Part shown: piece by piece, positions 63,396 through 64,000 of the stretch
Layout: each line of letters begins with the position of its first letter
How positions within the stretch are numbered: the first letter of the stretch is position 1
Assembly: GCA_902786465.1 (NCBI GenBank)
Contig: CADACQ010000007.1
Coordinates: forward strand, 20,600 to 84,599
Direction of reading: 5' to 3'
Length of the DNA: 64,000 nucleotides
Source: an uncultured Eubacteriales bacterium
Lineage (GTDB): Bacteria > Bacillota > Clostridia > Christensenellales > CAG-138
The notes under the pieces: model-generated
What the model was told of the DNA's origin: nothing
What the model saw: only the letters and a program-made list of their open reading frames with translations
The model's database searches: none
Made by a program: the position numbers and the translations under genes

Positions 63396-64000
63396 ACAAC
63401 AGTATAAGCGAGCCAACGACCGGATACATCCCCGGAAGGACCTGTTGAAGGAAATGGAAGCGAAGTGGGCGGAAGAACAAGCCCACCAGGAGGAAGAGGA
63501 GAGCAAGGTCGTCGCCTTCCCCGCCTGGGCCAAGTACGTGGGCATGGCCGCCGGGGTCCTGCTCTGCGTGGGCCTTGGGATGGGCTCCGTGCTGCTCTAC
63601 AGCCGCAGCCGGGGCATGCAGAGCAAATCGGCCTCCGCCGCAGCTGAAGCGCCCCAGATGGCGGAGAGCATGGTGGCCATGGAGGAGGCGAAGATCGTCA
63701 CCGCCACCACCGCCGACGCGGCCGTCAACGAAACGGAGGCCCAGGGCGTGGCGCCTGCCGAAGCCATGCTGGCAGCTTCGCCGTATGAAGCGCCCAAGGG
63801 CATGCATCGGGCGGCGGACGAGGCGGAGGTAGAGGACGCCCTGCACTACGGCTTCGCCGATCGAGGCGAGGCGGAGGACAGCGTGGAAGCGGAGATGGAT
63901 GCGCCTCAGGCCAAGGCGGCGGCGAAAGCCGTGGAGGCAGATTATCCCGTGGGGCAGATCCTGACCCGGGACGAGCTGATGGTCGTGTTCCTGCCCACCA
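63388..64000 (+). CDS. putative anti-sigma factor (single-pass membrane protein), 3' end beyond window
   Basis: ATG 63388 overlaps the sigma gene end by 8 nt. MFEQQYKRANDRIHPRKDLLKEM..., then the TM helix YVGMAAGVLLCVGLGMGSVLLY and an Ala/Glu-rich extracytoplasmic region. Open to the window end. Confidence 0.65.
   Translation, partial: MFEQQYKRANDRIHPRKDLLKEMEAKWAEEQAHQEEEESKVVAFPAWAKYVGMAAGVLLCVGLGMGSVLLYSRSRGMQSKSASAAAEAPQMAESMVAMEEAKIVTATTADAAVNETEAQGVAPAEAMLAASPYEAPKGMHRAADEAEVEDALHYGFADRGEAEDSVEAEMDAPQAKAAAKAVEADYPVGQILTRDELMVVFLPT

Noticed and set aside
1-64000. Scan for rRNA, tRNA, transposases, integrases, phage or defence-system genes
   Set aside because: No cloverleaf-like or rRNA-like segments occur in the few intergenic regions. 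No DDE, serine or tyrosine recombinase motifs appear in any credible ORF. No nuclease/helicase/ATPase combination typical of defence systems is present; the only stray P-loop protein is THEP1-like and sits inside a transporter operon.

Overview
GC-rich segment (by eye well above 60% G+C, strong G/C bias at third codon positions). It looks like chromosome of a spore-forming Firmicute, probably an Oscillospiraceae/Ruminococcaceae-type Clostridium. That placement is inferred from spoIVFA/spoIVFB, spoIIP, an L27 with a Prp-type N-extension, and codon usage. I support about 65 protein genes. I saw no rRNA, tRNA, CRISPR array, transposase or integrase. Many long ORFs in the track are antisense artefacts of the high GC content and were rejected.

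Layout:
- (i) 1-11.4 kb, minus strand: SorC-associated sugar/polyol locus. It holds a DhnA-type aldolase, Zn-ADH, an NAD-kinase-like protein, an ABC importer without an ATPase gene, a TIM-barrel isomerase, an ADP-ribosylglycohydrolase, an MFS transporter, Fe-ADH and an FAD oxidoreductase.
- (ii) 11.7-25 kb, plus strand: envelope island. It holds a repeat lipoprotein, a GGT/CapD-like lipoprotein, a duplicated cassette (DctM-like permease, ~50-aa miniprotein, membrane-anchored AstE/AspA-M14-like zinc peptidase), a third such peptidase, and a PgsA-less poly-gamma-glutamate synthase set (PgsB, PgsC, 1-TM system protein).
- (iii) 25-29.2 kb, minus strand: FecCD/BtuCD-type ABC operon with a frameshifted binding protein, an embedded SAM methyltransferase and a THEP1-like NTPase.
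- (iv) 29.4-41.7 kb: nucleoside phosphorylase, DUF3267 zincin, hutH, spoIVFA/B, a radical-SAM pair, RNase G, rplU-prp-rpmA (all three with lesions), M32 carboxypeptidase and spoIIP.
- (v) 41.8-46.3 kb: XRE regulator, GH2, MFS transporter and an Lgt paralogue.
- (vi) 46.5-49.8 kb: LysR regulator, cyclophilin lipoprotein and an aldehyde dehydrogenase.
- (vii) 49.8-54.9 kb: TetR gene plus a six-gene operon. It combines a flavin-reductase/PCP_red fusion, a PNPOx-like split-barrel protein, a ferredoxin-dependent-bilin-reductase-like protein, a DVR/NmrA-like reductase, a DUF1295 C=C-reductase-like membrane protein and an unknown membrane protein.
- (viii) 54.9-64 kb: metallophosphoesterase, MFS transporter, M29 aminopeptidase, two YARHG proteins flanking a zinc-ribbon membrane protein, and an ECF sigma/anti-sigma pair.

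The best candidates for undescribed biology are the putative linear-tetrapyrrole (bilin) reduction operon in (vii) and the PGA synthase/transporter/peptidase island in (ii). All family calls come from reading motifs by eye, not from database searches.
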